A DNA stretch of 64,000 nt from assembly GCA_030390025.1 (NCBI GenBank), contig CM059438.1:62684001-62748000 (forward strand). The letters are read 5' to 3'. Both the position numbers and the translations under genes were made by a program. Below, one piece after another: positions 12,293 to 24,296 of the stretch; positions within the stretch are counted from its first letter, which is position 1, and each line of letters starts with the position of its first letter. The notes under the pieces are model-generated. The model saw nothing but the letters and a program-made list of their open reading frames with translations, searched no databases and was not told where the DNA came from. This stretch comes from Squalus acanthias. Lineage: Eukaryota.

Positions 12293-12553
12293 TGATGCGG
12301 AGATACCGGTGTTGGACTGGGGTGGACAAAAGTGAGAAGTCGCACAACACCAGGTTATAGTCCAACAGTTTTATTTGAAATCACGAGCTTTCGGAGCTGC
12401 TGCCCCTTCGTCAGGTGAAGTGAATATATATGTCTATATATGCTTTGCTGATTCGTATTCCTTCACTTCACCTGACGAAGGGGCAGCAGCTCCGAAAGCT
12501 TGTGATTTCAAATAAAACTGTTGGACTATAACCTGGTGTTGTGCGACTCCTCA
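12293..12553. mobile_element. Penelope-like family A short palindromic insertion with a hammerhead on each strand
   Basis: Inverted pseudo-LTR arms; TSD CTTCCTTATATA / CTTCCTTAGATA (12281-12292 / 12554-12565); hammerheads at 12381-12418 (-) and 12468-12505 (+). Confidence 0.85.
12468..12505 (+). ncRNA. Minimal type I hammerhead ribozyme (PLE family A)
   Basis: TCAC-CTGACGA-AGGGGC agca GCTCC-GAAA-GC-TT-GTGA, followed closely by AATAAA; stem I TCAC/GTGA; palindromic AGCT stem III. Confidence 0.8.
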
Positions 12554-13209
12554 CTTCCTTAGATAAGGAGACCAAAACTGCGCACAGTACTCCAGGTATG
12601 GTCTCACCAAGGCCCTGTACAATTGTAGCAAGACTTCCTTACTCTTATACTCCAACCCCCTTGCAATAAAGGCCAACATGCCATTTGACTTCCTTATTGC
12701 TTGCTGTACCTGCATGTTTCAATAAGATCACCTCTCATTCTTCTAAACTCTAATGAGTATAGGCACAACCTGCTCAACCTTTCTTCATAAGACAACCCCT
12801 TCATCTCAGGAATTAACCTAGTTAACCTTCTCTGATCTGCCTCCAATGCAAATATATCCCTCCTTAAATAAGGAGACCAAAACTGCATGCAGTACTCCAG
12901 GTGTGGTCTCACCAGCGCCCTCTACAGTTGTAGCAAGACCTCCCTACTTTTATATTCCATTCCCTTTGCAATAAAGGCCAACATTCCATTTGCCTTCCTA
13001 ATTACTTGCTGTACCTGCATGCTAACTTTTTGTGTTCCAAGTACAAGGACTCCCAGATCCCTCTGTACCGCAGCATTTTGTAGTCTCTCTCCATTTAAAT
13101 AATAATTGGCTTTTTTACTTTTCCTACCAAAGTGGATAACCTCACATTTTCCCACATTATACTCCATCTGCCAAACTTTTGCCCACTCACTTAACCTATC
13201 TATATCCCT

Positions 13210-14024
13210 GATGCGGAGATGCCGGTGTTGGACTGGGGTGGACAAAAATGAGAAGTCGCACAACACCAGGTTATAGCCCAACAGTTTTATTTGAAATCAC
13301 GAGCTTTCGGAGCACTGCTCCTTCGTCAGGTAAAGTGAAGGAATACAAATCCTCGCAGTGTCCGACATCGGCGAGACCATGCAGACACTGAGACAACGTA
13401 TGAACGGACACCGCGCAACAATCGCCAGGCAGGATTGTTACCTCCCAGTCGGGGAACACTTCAGCAGTCAAGGACATTCAGCCTCGGATCTGCGGGTAAG
13501 CGTTCTCCAAGGCGGCCTTCGAGACACACGACAACGCAAAATCATCGAGCAGAAACTGATAGCCAAGTTCCGCACCCATGAGGACGGCCTCAACCGGGAT
13601 CTTGGTTTCATGTCACGCTACATGACGTAGAGTCATCCAGACTCGAGTCGTCGTTGGCTTGTTCACAGATGTGATTTCCAGTTTTTTTTTAAAAAGTAAA
13701 AAGCTTAACCATACAGACTGCAGCATTTGACACGTTGGACCCCCTGTGACCCCACCTCATTGTCTTAGCTGTATTTTGCTGTGACTTTGATATAATGCCT
13801 TCCTGACTGGCCTGATTGTCTCTCTGCCGAGGTGTGATGGAGGGCAGTCAGAAAGATTTACTGTAGTTGTCTGACATTGTACGCTACACATTGTTCTCTG
13901 TCTATATATGCTTTGCTGATTTGTATTCCTTCACTTCACCTGACGAAGGAGCAGCGCTCCGAAAGCTGGTGATTTCAAATAAAACTGTTGGACTATAACC
14001 TGGTGTTGTGCGACTTCTCATTTT
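13210..14024 (+). mobile_element. 5'-truncated Penelope-like element (family A) with GIY-YIG remnant and inverted pseudo-LTR
   Basis: ORF 13358-13630 IGETMQTLRQRMNGHR...VGEHF...EQKLIAKFRTHEDGLNRD is a GIY-YIG C-terminal half; 13-bp TSD TATCTATATCCCT (13197-13209 / 14025-14037). Confidence 0.9.
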
Positions 14025-14050
14025 TATCTATATCCCTTTGCAGACTCTTT

Positions 14051-14844
14051 GGGCTGGATTTTGTCTTGGGGTCGGGTTGGGGTCGTGTCATCCGCATTTC
14101 GTGTTGCCCCCCCCCGGCTCCAGATTAATGTGGATGAATGATGCAATTTTCACTTAATTGGGCAATTGAGTTCCAGCATGTGGGAACCCATGAACTAATT
14201 AGTGTTTTCAGTCTGAAAGTCGCCTCTGATGATGTCATCATTGCTGACTGCCTAGTCTCGGAGACTGTTGGTGAGAGAGGACCTGCCTGGCTTGCTTTTG
14301 ATGTGAGTGGACCTGGATGCAAAATATGGGGGGGGGAAGAGAGAGAGAGAGAGGAGAGAGAGAAGAGAGAGAGAGAGAGAGAGCATTTTTTGCATCCAAG
14401 TCCTCTCACAGCAAAGGCCAGGCAGTCTCTGAACACATTCAATGCAGCAGCATCAGAGGCGACTTTCAGACCTAATACTACTACTACCTTCATCACATCT
14501 CCGTTGTAATAGTGGACCTGCAGCTCATAGTCAGCTATCCACTTGTGCTCCCGCCAGGTTTCACTGGAGTGTTTCACACCAGGCGTACTTCACGTCAGAA
14601 AAGGGTTAAACTAGCTAAAACGTTTCAAAATGGCATTACAGAGCCAATTTAGGGCTTGTTAAGGGCTTTAATGGCCTTTCCCGCCTCTTGGAGGCGGGAC
14701 GGAGTCGGGAACCCCACGACTGATTTTGTCAAAATTGCGTGGAGGCAGGATGGAGTTGGGATGGGGTCGGGACCCCCGACCCCACAAATTTAACCCCCCA
14801 CACACCTCCAAACCCGACTCCATGGGTCATTCAAAATCCAGCCC
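14051..14844. mobile_element. Harbinger-type MITE, family M2 (794 bp)
   Basis: TIR GGGCTGGATTTTG / CAAAATCCAGCCC; TSD TTT; removing it restores the CR1 sequence gcagactctttgtgtcctcc; homologous to 34142-34868. Confidence 0.9.
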
Positions 14845-15480
14845 TTTGTGTCCTCCTCACAACTTGCTTTCCCACCTATCTTTGTATCATCAGCAAATTT
14901 GGCTACGGTACACACGGTCTCTTCATCCAAGTCATTAATATAGATTATAAATAGTTGAGGCCCCAGCACTGATCCCTGTGGCACCCCACTAGTTACAGTT
15001 TGCCAACCTGAAAATGACCCATTTATCCCGACTCCTTGTTTTCTGTTAGTTAGCCAATCCTCTCTCCATGCTAATATATTACCCCAACCCCGTGAGCTCT
15101 TATCTTGTGCAGTAATCTTTTATGTGGCACCTTATCGAATGCCTTCTGGAAATCCAAATATACTACATCTACTGGTTCCCCATTATCCACCCTGCTTGTT
15201 ACATCCTCAAAGAACTCTCGTAAATTTGTCAAACATGATTTCCCTTTCATAAAACCATGTTGACTCTGCTTGATTGTATTATGATTTTCTAAATGTCCTG
15301 TTATTACTTCCTTAATAATGGATTCCAGCATTTTCCCAATGACAGATGTTAGACTAACTGGCCTATAGTTTCCTGCTTTCTGCCTCCCTCCTTTCTTGAG
15401 TTTAAATGTAATTTATATTTCCTGCCTTTTACTTCCTGCTTTGCCTTCTGTGAGGATTCTTCAATCTGATTGGTTGATCA

Positions 15481-16220
15481 CAATGAATGGTAGGACCCTA
15501 GGAAGGACAGAGGATCAGAGGGACCTTGGCGTGCATGTACATAGATCCCTGAAGGCAGCAGGACAGGTAGATAAGGTGGTTAAAAAGGCATATGGGATAC
15601 TTGCCTTCATTAGCCGAGGCACAGAATATAAGAGCAGGGAGGTTATGATGGAACTGTACGAAACGTTAGTTAGGCCACAGCTGGAATACTGTGTGCAGTT
15701 CCGGTCACCACACTATAGGAAGGATGTGATTGCATTGGAGAGGGTGCAGAGGAGATTCACCAGATGTTACCTGGGCTGCAGCGCTTCAGCTATGAAGAGA
15801 GACTGGACAGGCTGGGGTTGTTTTCCTTAGAGCAGAGAAGGCTGAGGGGGGACCTGATTGAGGTGTACAAAATTATGAGGGGCATAGATAGGGTAGATAG
15901 AAAGGAACTTTTCCCCTTAGTAGAGGGGTCAATAACCAGGGGGCATAGTTTCAAGGTAAGGGGCAGGAGGTTTAGAGGGGATTTGAGGAAAAACTTTTTC
16001 ACCCAGAGGGTGGTTGGAATCTGGAACTCACTGCCTGAAAGGGTGGTAGAGGCAGGAACCCCCCACAACATTCAAGAAGCATTTAGATGAGCACTTGAAA
16101 TGCCATAGCATACAAGACTATGGACCAAGTGCTGGAAAATGGGATTAGAATAGACAGGGCTTGATGGCTGGCGCAGACACGATGGGCCGAAGGGCCTCTT
16201 TCTGTGCTGTATAACTCTAT
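15481..16220 (+). mobile_element. CR1 LINE 3' fragment
   Basis: QRDLGVHVHRSLK...RPQLEYCVQF...RKNFFTQRVVGIWNSLP; ctatgact tail split by the Harbinger derivative at 16221. Confidence 0.9.
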
Positions 16221-17113
16221 GGGGTAAAAATTCAGTTGGTTGCACCTCCCGTTAGCGCCTTAAGAGGGCGCTAATGGGGCGCAAAGCCGCTAACGCCCGG
16301 GCGCAGCGATGTTTGCGCCGCTCGGGAACTTAACTAGAGATTGTGCGGCGGCGCTAAAACTTACCGCTGCGACCACCTGCGCGCGCAGATTGTGACGTCA
16401 TTCCATGGTGCAACGCCCTTGTGGCGCCCCGGAGCGGAAATTAAGTGGCACCCCCTGCCTTACCGCCTGGCGCATCCAACGACCAGAAGACTGGAACGCT
16501 ATCAATCGCTGTGGGGCTGGGGGGGGCGCTATTTAAAGGGGGCCTCTTCCTGTCTTTTATTGTTGGTGGCATTTTTGAACTACGCATTCTGAGAGAGAGA
16601 GGGAGAGACTTCTGGAGAGATTCAACGTTGTGTGAAGGAGTTTTGGGTACTGAGCAGCACTTTGCAGGTTCATTTTGATTTGCCATTCCTTGTATCGATT
16701 TAGCAGAGACTGTGGGAGCTGCACTCTGAGCTCTTTGCCTGGTACTCTCCATTGTTCTTTCCAGCACATTTGATGTGCAAGTCTCTCCAGGCCGAGATTC
16801 AAGGCTGCAATGAACAGGATGTGGATGGAAAGCAAGATCAACCATCCCCTTTAAGAACTGGCCCGTGCCATTGTGTGTGTGTTCCATTGCTGACTGACAT
16901 TACATGAGCTTCGCCAGCGCTCTGAGTTAGCGCCTCACTCCTTGGCCTTTGCGCCTTAAGACAGGTGTGCAGCGCCTGATTTAGCACTCCACTCACCTCC
17001 CGGGGCGGTAAAAGTGAAGTTTCCAGTCAGTGCCGATAATTAGCGCCAGGCGCTAATATTTGCGTCCAGACGATATTTGCGCCCCAAATGGGGCGCGACC
17101 TAATTTTTACCCC
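16221..17113 (-). mobile_element. Non-autonomous Harbinger derivative (893 bp) of the element at 51664-56061
   Basis: Perfect 12-bp TIR GGGGTAAAAATT; TSD TAT; both ends closely match the two ends of the autonomous-type copy in reverse orientation; coding interior missing. Confidence 0.92.
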
Positions 17114-17499
17114 TATGACTCTATCAGCCTCCCTGCTGCCTGCCCTGTTGCCGGGCGCCACAGATCCCCTTGTAGATGACCCCGAATTCAAACTGACATC
17201 GGAAAAGAGGAAGCTTGTGCTCTCGAGCTCACTAAATCTTTGTGGGCAGCTTTTTTCGAGGTAAACGGCAAGCGCCGTCCCTTCGCTGCTGACCACAAAA
17301 TGTGAGTCATTAGGGCAGGCGACTAAAGGCTTGGTCAAAGAGGTGGGTTTTAAGGAGCATCTTGAAGGAGGACAAAGAGATGGAGCAGATATTTTCCCCT
17401 TACTTCTCATGGTTGATTTGTAGTTCTTGCTGAATCTCCCTCTGGTGTAACACTGTCCAGGAAGGTTTATTTGTCCCACTGGCACTTCTCCAAAGAGCA

Positions 17500-17974
17500 A
17501 GAAAGAAAGACTTGCATTTATATAGCGCCTTTCACGACCACCGGATGTCTCAAAGCGCTTTACAGCCAATGAAATACTTTTGAAGTGGAGTCACTGTTGT
17601 AATGTGGGAAATGCGGCAGCCAATTTGCGCACAGCAAGCTCCCACAAATAGCAATGTGATAATGACCAGATAATCTGTTTTTTGTTATGTTGGTTGAGGG
17701 ATAAATATTGGCCCCAGGACACTGGGGAGAAGTCCACTGCTCTTCTTCAAAATAGTGCCATGGGATCTTTTACGTCCACCTGAGAGGTCAGACGGGGCCC
17801 TCGGTTTAACATCTCATCTGAAAGACGGCACCTCCGACAGTGTAGCACTCCTTCAGCACTGCACTGGAGTGTCAGCCTAGATTTATGTGCTCAAGTCCCT
17901 GGAGTGGGACTTAGAACCCACAACCTTCTGGACTCAGAGGCGAGTGTGCTAACCCACTGAGCTACGGCTGACAC
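17500..17974 (-). mobile_element. Deu-domain tRNA-derived SINE (SacSINE1/AmnSINE-like)
   Basis: tRNA-like head (A box GCTCAGTGG, B box GGTTCTAAGTCC), central gatgttaaaccgagg...aaaagatcccatggcactatt Deu-like core, L2-like tail gaaaggcgctatataaatgcaagtctttc. Confidence 0.85.
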
Positions 17975-18759
17975 TCTAATATGAAGAGGTGGTCATGTGC
18001 GGTGGCCCAAGCCTGGCCGAGGGACTCTAGCTGCAAAGTTTGAGGTCAGTATCACAGTGCCTCGTGCACAGTCTCAAATTACCCACATCAACACACAAAT
18101 CCTCATCACTAACAACATATCAGGTGCTGAAAAAAATGCTTTCTTATTTCTGATGTTTATTCACTCTGCTTGTGCCTCACACTCATTAGTTGTGAATTTG
18201 CTGTTTTGTTGACACAGTGCACTCTGTGAATTGTAGTTTTACTGAGGGCAGGGTGATAACACCAACCCTCATGATGCGTCTCCCTCACACACAGAACTTG
18301 CCAGCACTCAGGTCCTGGTGATATTCCAACTCAAAACCCTAGGATTGTGGGGGAAAGGAGCGAACTTCATGCAGATATTTACAATTTTGTAAAACTATTT
18401 TTTATTTGTTCGTTGTTATAAATAATATTGGCCCGGAATTTGCGGTCAGCGGCGAAGCGATGGTGCTCGACGCCGACCTCGAAGAAAGCTGCCCACAGGG
18501 ATCTAGTGATCCCTGTGCTGTCAATTTCAGCTGACCCGACCTTTGTTTGAATCTGGTGCCAAAGCAATTGAATCCTAAGCATCCAGCAACAGTGATGTCA
18601 TCAAGCTGGCTAAGCAGCCTATCATATTGAAGAATTCTCACAGACAGCAAACCAGGAAGTAAAATGCAGAGATTCTATTTACTTTTTATAAATTTCACAC
18701 AGAGCGATATAAAGATTGGGGCATTCACATATGATTAAGGTAGAAGCTGAAATAATATT

Positions 18760-19525
18760 GGGCCAGAAATTCGGCTCTTGTCGGGTGAGTACGCGCTGTG
18801 TACTCACCCGTAAGGCCACCTGAAGTGCCGGTTTCACGCATGCACTGCGCATGCGCGGGAAACCGGAACTTCCGTTCTCCTGAAGGAAGGGGTTCAGATG
18901 TCGAACGCGTGCGCGGGAGAGGCAGCGCACACGCAGCGAACTTCGTTTTTTTTCTTCAGGTTTCTCCGGGAGGGTAAGTATGGAGAAGCTGCACATTTAA
19001 AAAGGAGGCGCAAGGCTTGTTTTTAACAAGGTAAGTGGTTAATTAATTACAATTTAAACATTTTTTCAACAGGTTTATCTTTTTTACATACTTTAAAGAA
19101 AGGTAAGTTTATTTTTAGCACCGTTAAAAAGTTGAATTAATTTTTAAAAAAATTTTAATTTTTGTTTAAGGTAGTTAATTTATGTAATTTATAGTTATTT
19201 TAAAAATGTGATGGTTTTTAAAAAATTTATTTGTAGTTTAAGTGTGGTTTTGGGGCCGATCTCTATTCATAGATTTGACAGGTCTTCCTGTCAAATCTAT
19301 GAATGAAAATTCCCTGCTCCGATTGGCTCTCCATGGCCCACATGATCCCAGGGGACGCTTCGAACTAACTGCGCCCCTGGGATACGCAAGCACTGCGCGC
19401 CGGCAGCTGCAGGAGGCCCAGGACCCGAATTCCTCGTGGGCCCGAAGCACAACAGCAGGCGCGGTAGGTAAGTACGCGTGCGATACTTGTACCCGCAGGA
19501 AGCCAGAAAGCCGAATTTCTGGCCC
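18760..19525 (+). mobile_element. MITE family M1 copy 2
   Basis: TIR GGGCCAGAAATTCGGCT / AGCCGAATTTCTGGCCC; TSD ATT. Confidence 0.9.
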
Positions 19526-19708
19526 ATTATACACAAACTTAAAAAAAATAATTATATTAAAAACTTGTCATTCTTAATCATATTAATGGAAAAATGTAAC
19601 ATTTCACAAATACAAAACTAATTTTCAGGACCAGAACAGTTGTTCAGCAGTCAGTATGCCATTAATAAAACAGTTACACCTCTTTCAACAAGGCTTAAAG
19701 TTTTAGGG

Positions 19709-19978
19709 ATAACAACAGAAAATGCTGGAAACACTCAGCAGGCCAGGCAGCGTCCGTGGAGAGAGAAACAGAGTTAAAGTTTCAGGTCTGTGACCCTTCG
19801 TCAGAACTGGAAAAAGTTTCCTGTTGCATCTCTAACTTTTTCCAGTTCGGACAAAGGGTCACAGACCTGAAACATTAACTCTGTTTCTCTCTCCACGGAC
19901 GCTGCCTGACCTGCTGAGTGTTTCCAGCATTTTCTGTTGTTATTTCAGATTTCCAGCATCCGCAGTAGTTTGCTATTG
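19709..19978. mobile_element. Penelope-like family B palindromic insertion
   Basis: Inverted pseudo-LTR arms around tcctgttgcatctct; 14-bp TSD TTAAAGTTTTAGGG (19695-19708 / 19979-19992). Confidence 0.85.
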
Positions 19979-20657
19979 TTAAAGTTTTAGGGTTTTTTTA
20001 ACAGCGATATTCCATCGTAAAAGGGGAAGTTTTCATCCTTGTATGTGATTTCAACTGATTGCCAGCTCTTGGGGGGACCAGGGAATGACTGACCGCAGCT
20101 TCAAGATTTCTGCGTTTATCTGCGCATGCACTAAATCCTGAAGTTGCGGTCAGTTTCAGACGGGTAATGACGGCGAACGCTGACAGTTTCGCTGTCATTA
20201 CCACCGCAAAATCCGGGCCATTATTTCAAGCTAGATAAACTCACTTGAGTGAATCAGGAAAATGGCAGCCAAAAACAGTGTGCAGCAATCATTTAATTGG
20301 TTAATTTGTGTTCTTTGCTGGTTCTTGAATAGTAACCTTTGGAAAAAATTGAGGAATTTGCTCGCTCATATTTTTCACTGGTACTTTTGCCTCTTCTTTG
20401 AATCATTCACTTTTAACCAATCAGATATTTTTTGGGTAACTTAACACAGCAGGGGCTATTTGAGCCAATCACAACTTTTTGCTGAGGTGTCATGCCCTGA
20501 GGTCACACTTTAGAAGTGTGATACCTTGAGGTGTTACGTCCTGATCAGATCAGTCAGTGATGTATCCTTCAGAAACCGTCTGTGTATGCACAGCACTTTA
20601 AGCTTCCAAGAGTCAGGGAGGAGATGCAACTTTCCAACCCTCTTTGGAGGAGTTATT

Positions 20658-21417
20658 GGCCCAGAAATTCGCCTCTCCGGCTTGCCGCGGGGGTAAGGAT
20701 CGCGCGCGCACTTACCTACCGCGCCTGCCGTTCTGCTTCTGGCCCACGGGGACTTCAGTTCCTGGTCCTGCTCCAAGTGCCGGCGCGCAGTGCTTGCATG
20801 TACCAGGGGCGTAGTTAGTGCGATGCGTCCCCTGGGATCACGTAGGCCATGGAGAGCCAATGGCAGCAGACCATCTTTCATTCATAGATTTGACAGGAAG
20901 ACCTGTCAAATCTATGAATTGAAATCGGCCCCAAAACAACAGCTAAACTTCAAATAATTTTTTTTTTAAATCACATTTTTAAAATAACTATAAGTTAAAT
21001 AAATTAACTACTTTAAACAAAAATTTTAATTTTTGAAAAAATTAAAATACTTTTTAACAGTGCTAAAAATAAACTTACATTTCTTTAAAGTATCTAAAAA
21101 AGATAAACCTGTTGAAAAAATTTTTACATTATAATTAATGAACCACTTACCTTGTTGAAAACGGGTCCTGCGCCTCCTTTTTAAAAGCGTAGGTTCTTCA
21201 ATACTTACCCTCCCGGAGAAACCTGAAAAAATACCCTACGTTTGCTGCGTGCGCGCAGCCTCTACCGCGCACACGGTTCACCTCTGAACCACTCCCTTCA
21301 CGAGACCAGAAGTTCCGGTTTCCCGCGCATGCGCAGTGCATGCAGGAAACCGGCACGTCAGGAGGCCTTATGGGTGAGTCGTGTGTACTCACCCGGCAAG
21401 TACCAAATTTTTGGCCC
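20658..21417 (-). mobile_element. MITE family M1 copy 3
   Basis: TIR GGCCCAGAAATT / AATTTTTGGCCC; TSD ATT; reverse orientation relative to copy 1. Confidence 0.9.
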
Positions 21418-21506
21418 ATTATCTTGCAAAGTTTTCCCTCCTTTCTGGTCTATTTGCTCAGTGCTGTTCTGAGAGGGCAGCACAGGTGATCCCCTACTCT
21501 TGGCCT

Positions 21507-21958
21507 GTGTCATCCTTGGCTCAGTGGGTAGCACTCTCACCTCTAGGTCATAATGGTCGTGGGTTCAAGTCCCACTCCAGCAACTTCAGTACATAATCTA
21601 GGCTGACACTCCCAATGCAGTTACTGAGGGAGCGCGGCACTGTCAGAGTCGGGTCTTTCAGATAAGATGTTAAACCGAGGCCCTGTCTGCCCTCTCAAGT
21701 CGGATGTAAAAGATCCCATGGCACTAGGAAAAGAGCGGGGGAGTTCTCCCCGGTGTCCTGGCCAATATTTATCCCTCAACCAACATCACTAAATCCAATG
21801 ATATGGCCATTTATCGCATTGCTGTTTGTGGGATTTTGCTGTGTGCAATTTGGCTGCCACGGTTCCTATAGTATAAAAGTAACTGCATTGGCTGTAAAGC
21901 GCTGTGGAACATCCTGAGGTCGTGAAAAGTGCAATATAAATGCAAGTTCTTTCTTTCT
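21507..21958 (+). mobile_element. Deu-domain tRNA-derived SINE
   Basis: A box TGGCTCAGTGG, B box GGTTCAAGTCC, Deu-like core and L2-like tail. Confidence 0.85.
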
Positions 21959-22849
21959 CAGCCTCCTTCCAGTCACCAACAGCTGACTCAGTGAGAACTG
22001 TAGGCGTGCGGTTGTTTCCCCCCCGACCCCTTCCTCCCTCCGTTTATGGAAGTGCCTGGCCTCTGCCAACTATCTCCCCACCATGACCGAGCTGAGATGA
22101 AACATGAATGCTATAATCCAGCCATGACAATCCAACTTTGATTCTTGCTGTTGGTTTCTTGTGAGGTGGAATGCCTGAGGCCTGAAACAGCAATCTCGAA
22201 AGGTGCAAATAGCACGGAGGCTGTGAACAGGTGTCACATTACCTCCACTGGCAATGTCTCCACATCACCGTCAGAAAAGACCAGAACTGATACACTGAAG
22301 GATGCGTCCTCCTCCAGCATTTTCTCTCCCTCCCCTGTGTTCTCCTACCCCAACTCCCTCGCCAACACAACCCCTGCATTATTTGTTTCTGCACTGCCAG
22401 GCATCAGCTCAGACATTCTTGCCATGGGGTAATCAGATAGTATTTGTGAGGATGTGGCACTGGGTGATTCACAGAGCACGAGGTAGATGGAGGAGTGGGA
22501 AGTGGGTGAAGGTGTGCCACCTTCCCAGTGGAGGCTGAGGAGAAGGTTGCCCATGAGTCGTGGGACCCAGAATTCGTGTGCTCGCCTGCAAAGAATGACG
22601 TTTGAGGAACGTGCAGGCTCTGGGGTCAGTTCCAAGGATGTGTGCCAACTGACAGGTGTGACTCTCGAATTTTACACCTCTCATTTGCGGGCAACGCCAG
22701 GGAACCCTTTACTTTGCTGCAGGCACCAATAGAAAGTGTGGCAGCTTCCCTGGAATCTGCAGCAGGTACCCAGCTAGGAAACGACCAAAGAAAGAAATAC
22801 GGCAGCTGTCTCTCATTCTGCCAGCATTTCACACCTCAGCTTTTGTTTC

Positions 22850-23123
22850 TTAACCTGTCCCATTACCATCTCGTCTTGCCTTGAGCATCTCTTAATGTCT
22901 CTACTTACCATAGACCACCCCTTTTGTTCTTTTATTCCTCCCCCCAGCCTCCCCCTTGCATTTTTATCTGTTTAATTTCTTGCTCTTCTCTCAGTTCCGA
23001 CGAAGGGTTTCGACCTGAAACGTTAACTCTGTTTCTCTCTCCACGGATGTTGCCTGGCCTGCTGAGTTTTTCCAGCGTTTTCTGTTGTTATTTCGGATTT
23101 CCAGCATCCGCAGTATTTTGCTA
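22850..23123 (+). mobile_element. Penelope-like family B 3' fragment
   Basis: 3' UTR plus agttCCGACGAagggtttcgacctGAAAcgttaact (core box mutated) and pseudo-LTR tail. Similar fragments at about 36780-37040 and 40010-40295. Confidence 0.75.
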
Positions 23124-23834
23124 TCAAAGAAAGAAATGCCTTCGCCTCCACAGAAGCACAGGTTGTAGCGCTGGGTGCCAATAGGGGAGCGAGTGGAGAG
23201 CAGCCTGCATAGCGGCTTCCGGGCCATGCGCCCCACAACGCAAGCTGCTGTCGCCCAGGGCCATTAACCCAGCCAGCCAGCCTGCTGATCATAGATCCAG
23301 GGCCCATGGGAATGGTCAACCTGTCTGACACTGCTATCTCTCAGAACCGCAGCACGTGTCAGGCCTTCGATCTTCCCCCTCAGAGTACCGCAGTAGTGGA
23401 TTGGGGGAGCCGACACCAGGCTGCCCAGGAACAAGCTCCAGAGATGCAGCCAGGAGTAAGCTGCCATGAGAGCAGGGCCTACCTCAGTCCCCTGACCCTT
23501 TGGTCGAGCAAGAGCAGCCAATCACCTCTCGCAATACTGGCCCTCGAGTCGTACCTAGGAGAAGCCGTAGAACAGGAGAAAGAAAGGCATGTGCAGCCAC
23601 CCAGGGGAAGCACAGTGTTAGGAAAGAGGAGGTTGGCTTGTGTTCACTTGGGACTTCATTGTAATAAAATATAATGTGCATTGATATCACGCTTTGCTAT
23701 TCACGGAGTTTACAGGAAAGGGTGAACTAATTTGGTGACTTATTCGCCGGTGATGATTATTGAGACACTCATGTAGTGATAAAGAGGGCTGATGTGTTAT
23801 GTTGTAGGATGGTAGTGGATTAATGGCTTAGACT

Positions 23835-24150
23835 TGGGGAAGGGTTGAGAACCAGAGGACACAGATTTAAGGTGATTGGCAGAAGGTCCAAAGGTGAAAT
23901 GAGGTAAAACTTTTTTAAGCAGCGAGTGGTTATGATCTGGAATGCACTGCCTGAAAGGGTGGTGTCGGCAGACTCAATCGTAGCTTTCAAAAGGGAATTG
24001 GATAAGTACCTGAAAGAAAAAAATTTGCAGGGCTACGGGGAAAGGGCGGGGGAGTGGGACTAGCTGAAGTGCTCTTGCCGAGAGCCGGCACGGGCTTGAT
24101 GGGCCGAATGGCCTCCTACTGTGTTGTAACCATTCTATGATTCTATGATT
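23835..24150 (+). mobile_element. CR1 LINE 3' fragment
   Basis: accagaggacacagatttaagg...tggaatgcactgcctgaaaggg...; (ttctatga)n tail. Confidence 0.85.
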
Positions 24151-24296
24151 GAAGGAATGAGGAGAAGGACGTAAGGCAAGATGTTAAAGGTAGACGGCGT
24201 GTATCAGAAGGCTTCAGTGATGAGATGTGTTCTAATGCCCTTGGCAGCAGTCACTGAGGAGTCCTCTGCGGTCATCTTGATGCTGTCTTCAATGTA

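Larger units (their letters stand above)
11765..15397 (-). mobile_element. Composite CR1 LINE (two adjacent CR1 pieces) interrupted by two Penelope-like insertions and a MITE
   Basis: Minus-strand ORFs with [58 protein letters not shown] and FFAQRVVNL; 3' tail (ttcttatg) at 11765. Confidence 0.9.
18430..20219. mobile_element. Harbinger-type MITE family M3 hosting two nested insertions
   Basis: TIR GGCCCGGAATTTGCGGT / ACCGCAAAATCCGGGCC; TSD ATT on both sides. Confidence 0.8.

Noticed and set aside
21507..21580. tRNA genes at SINE heads (also 26942, 33027 and minus-strand copies)
   Set aside because: A and B boxes are present but continue directly into SINE bodies; no complete cloverleaf was evident.
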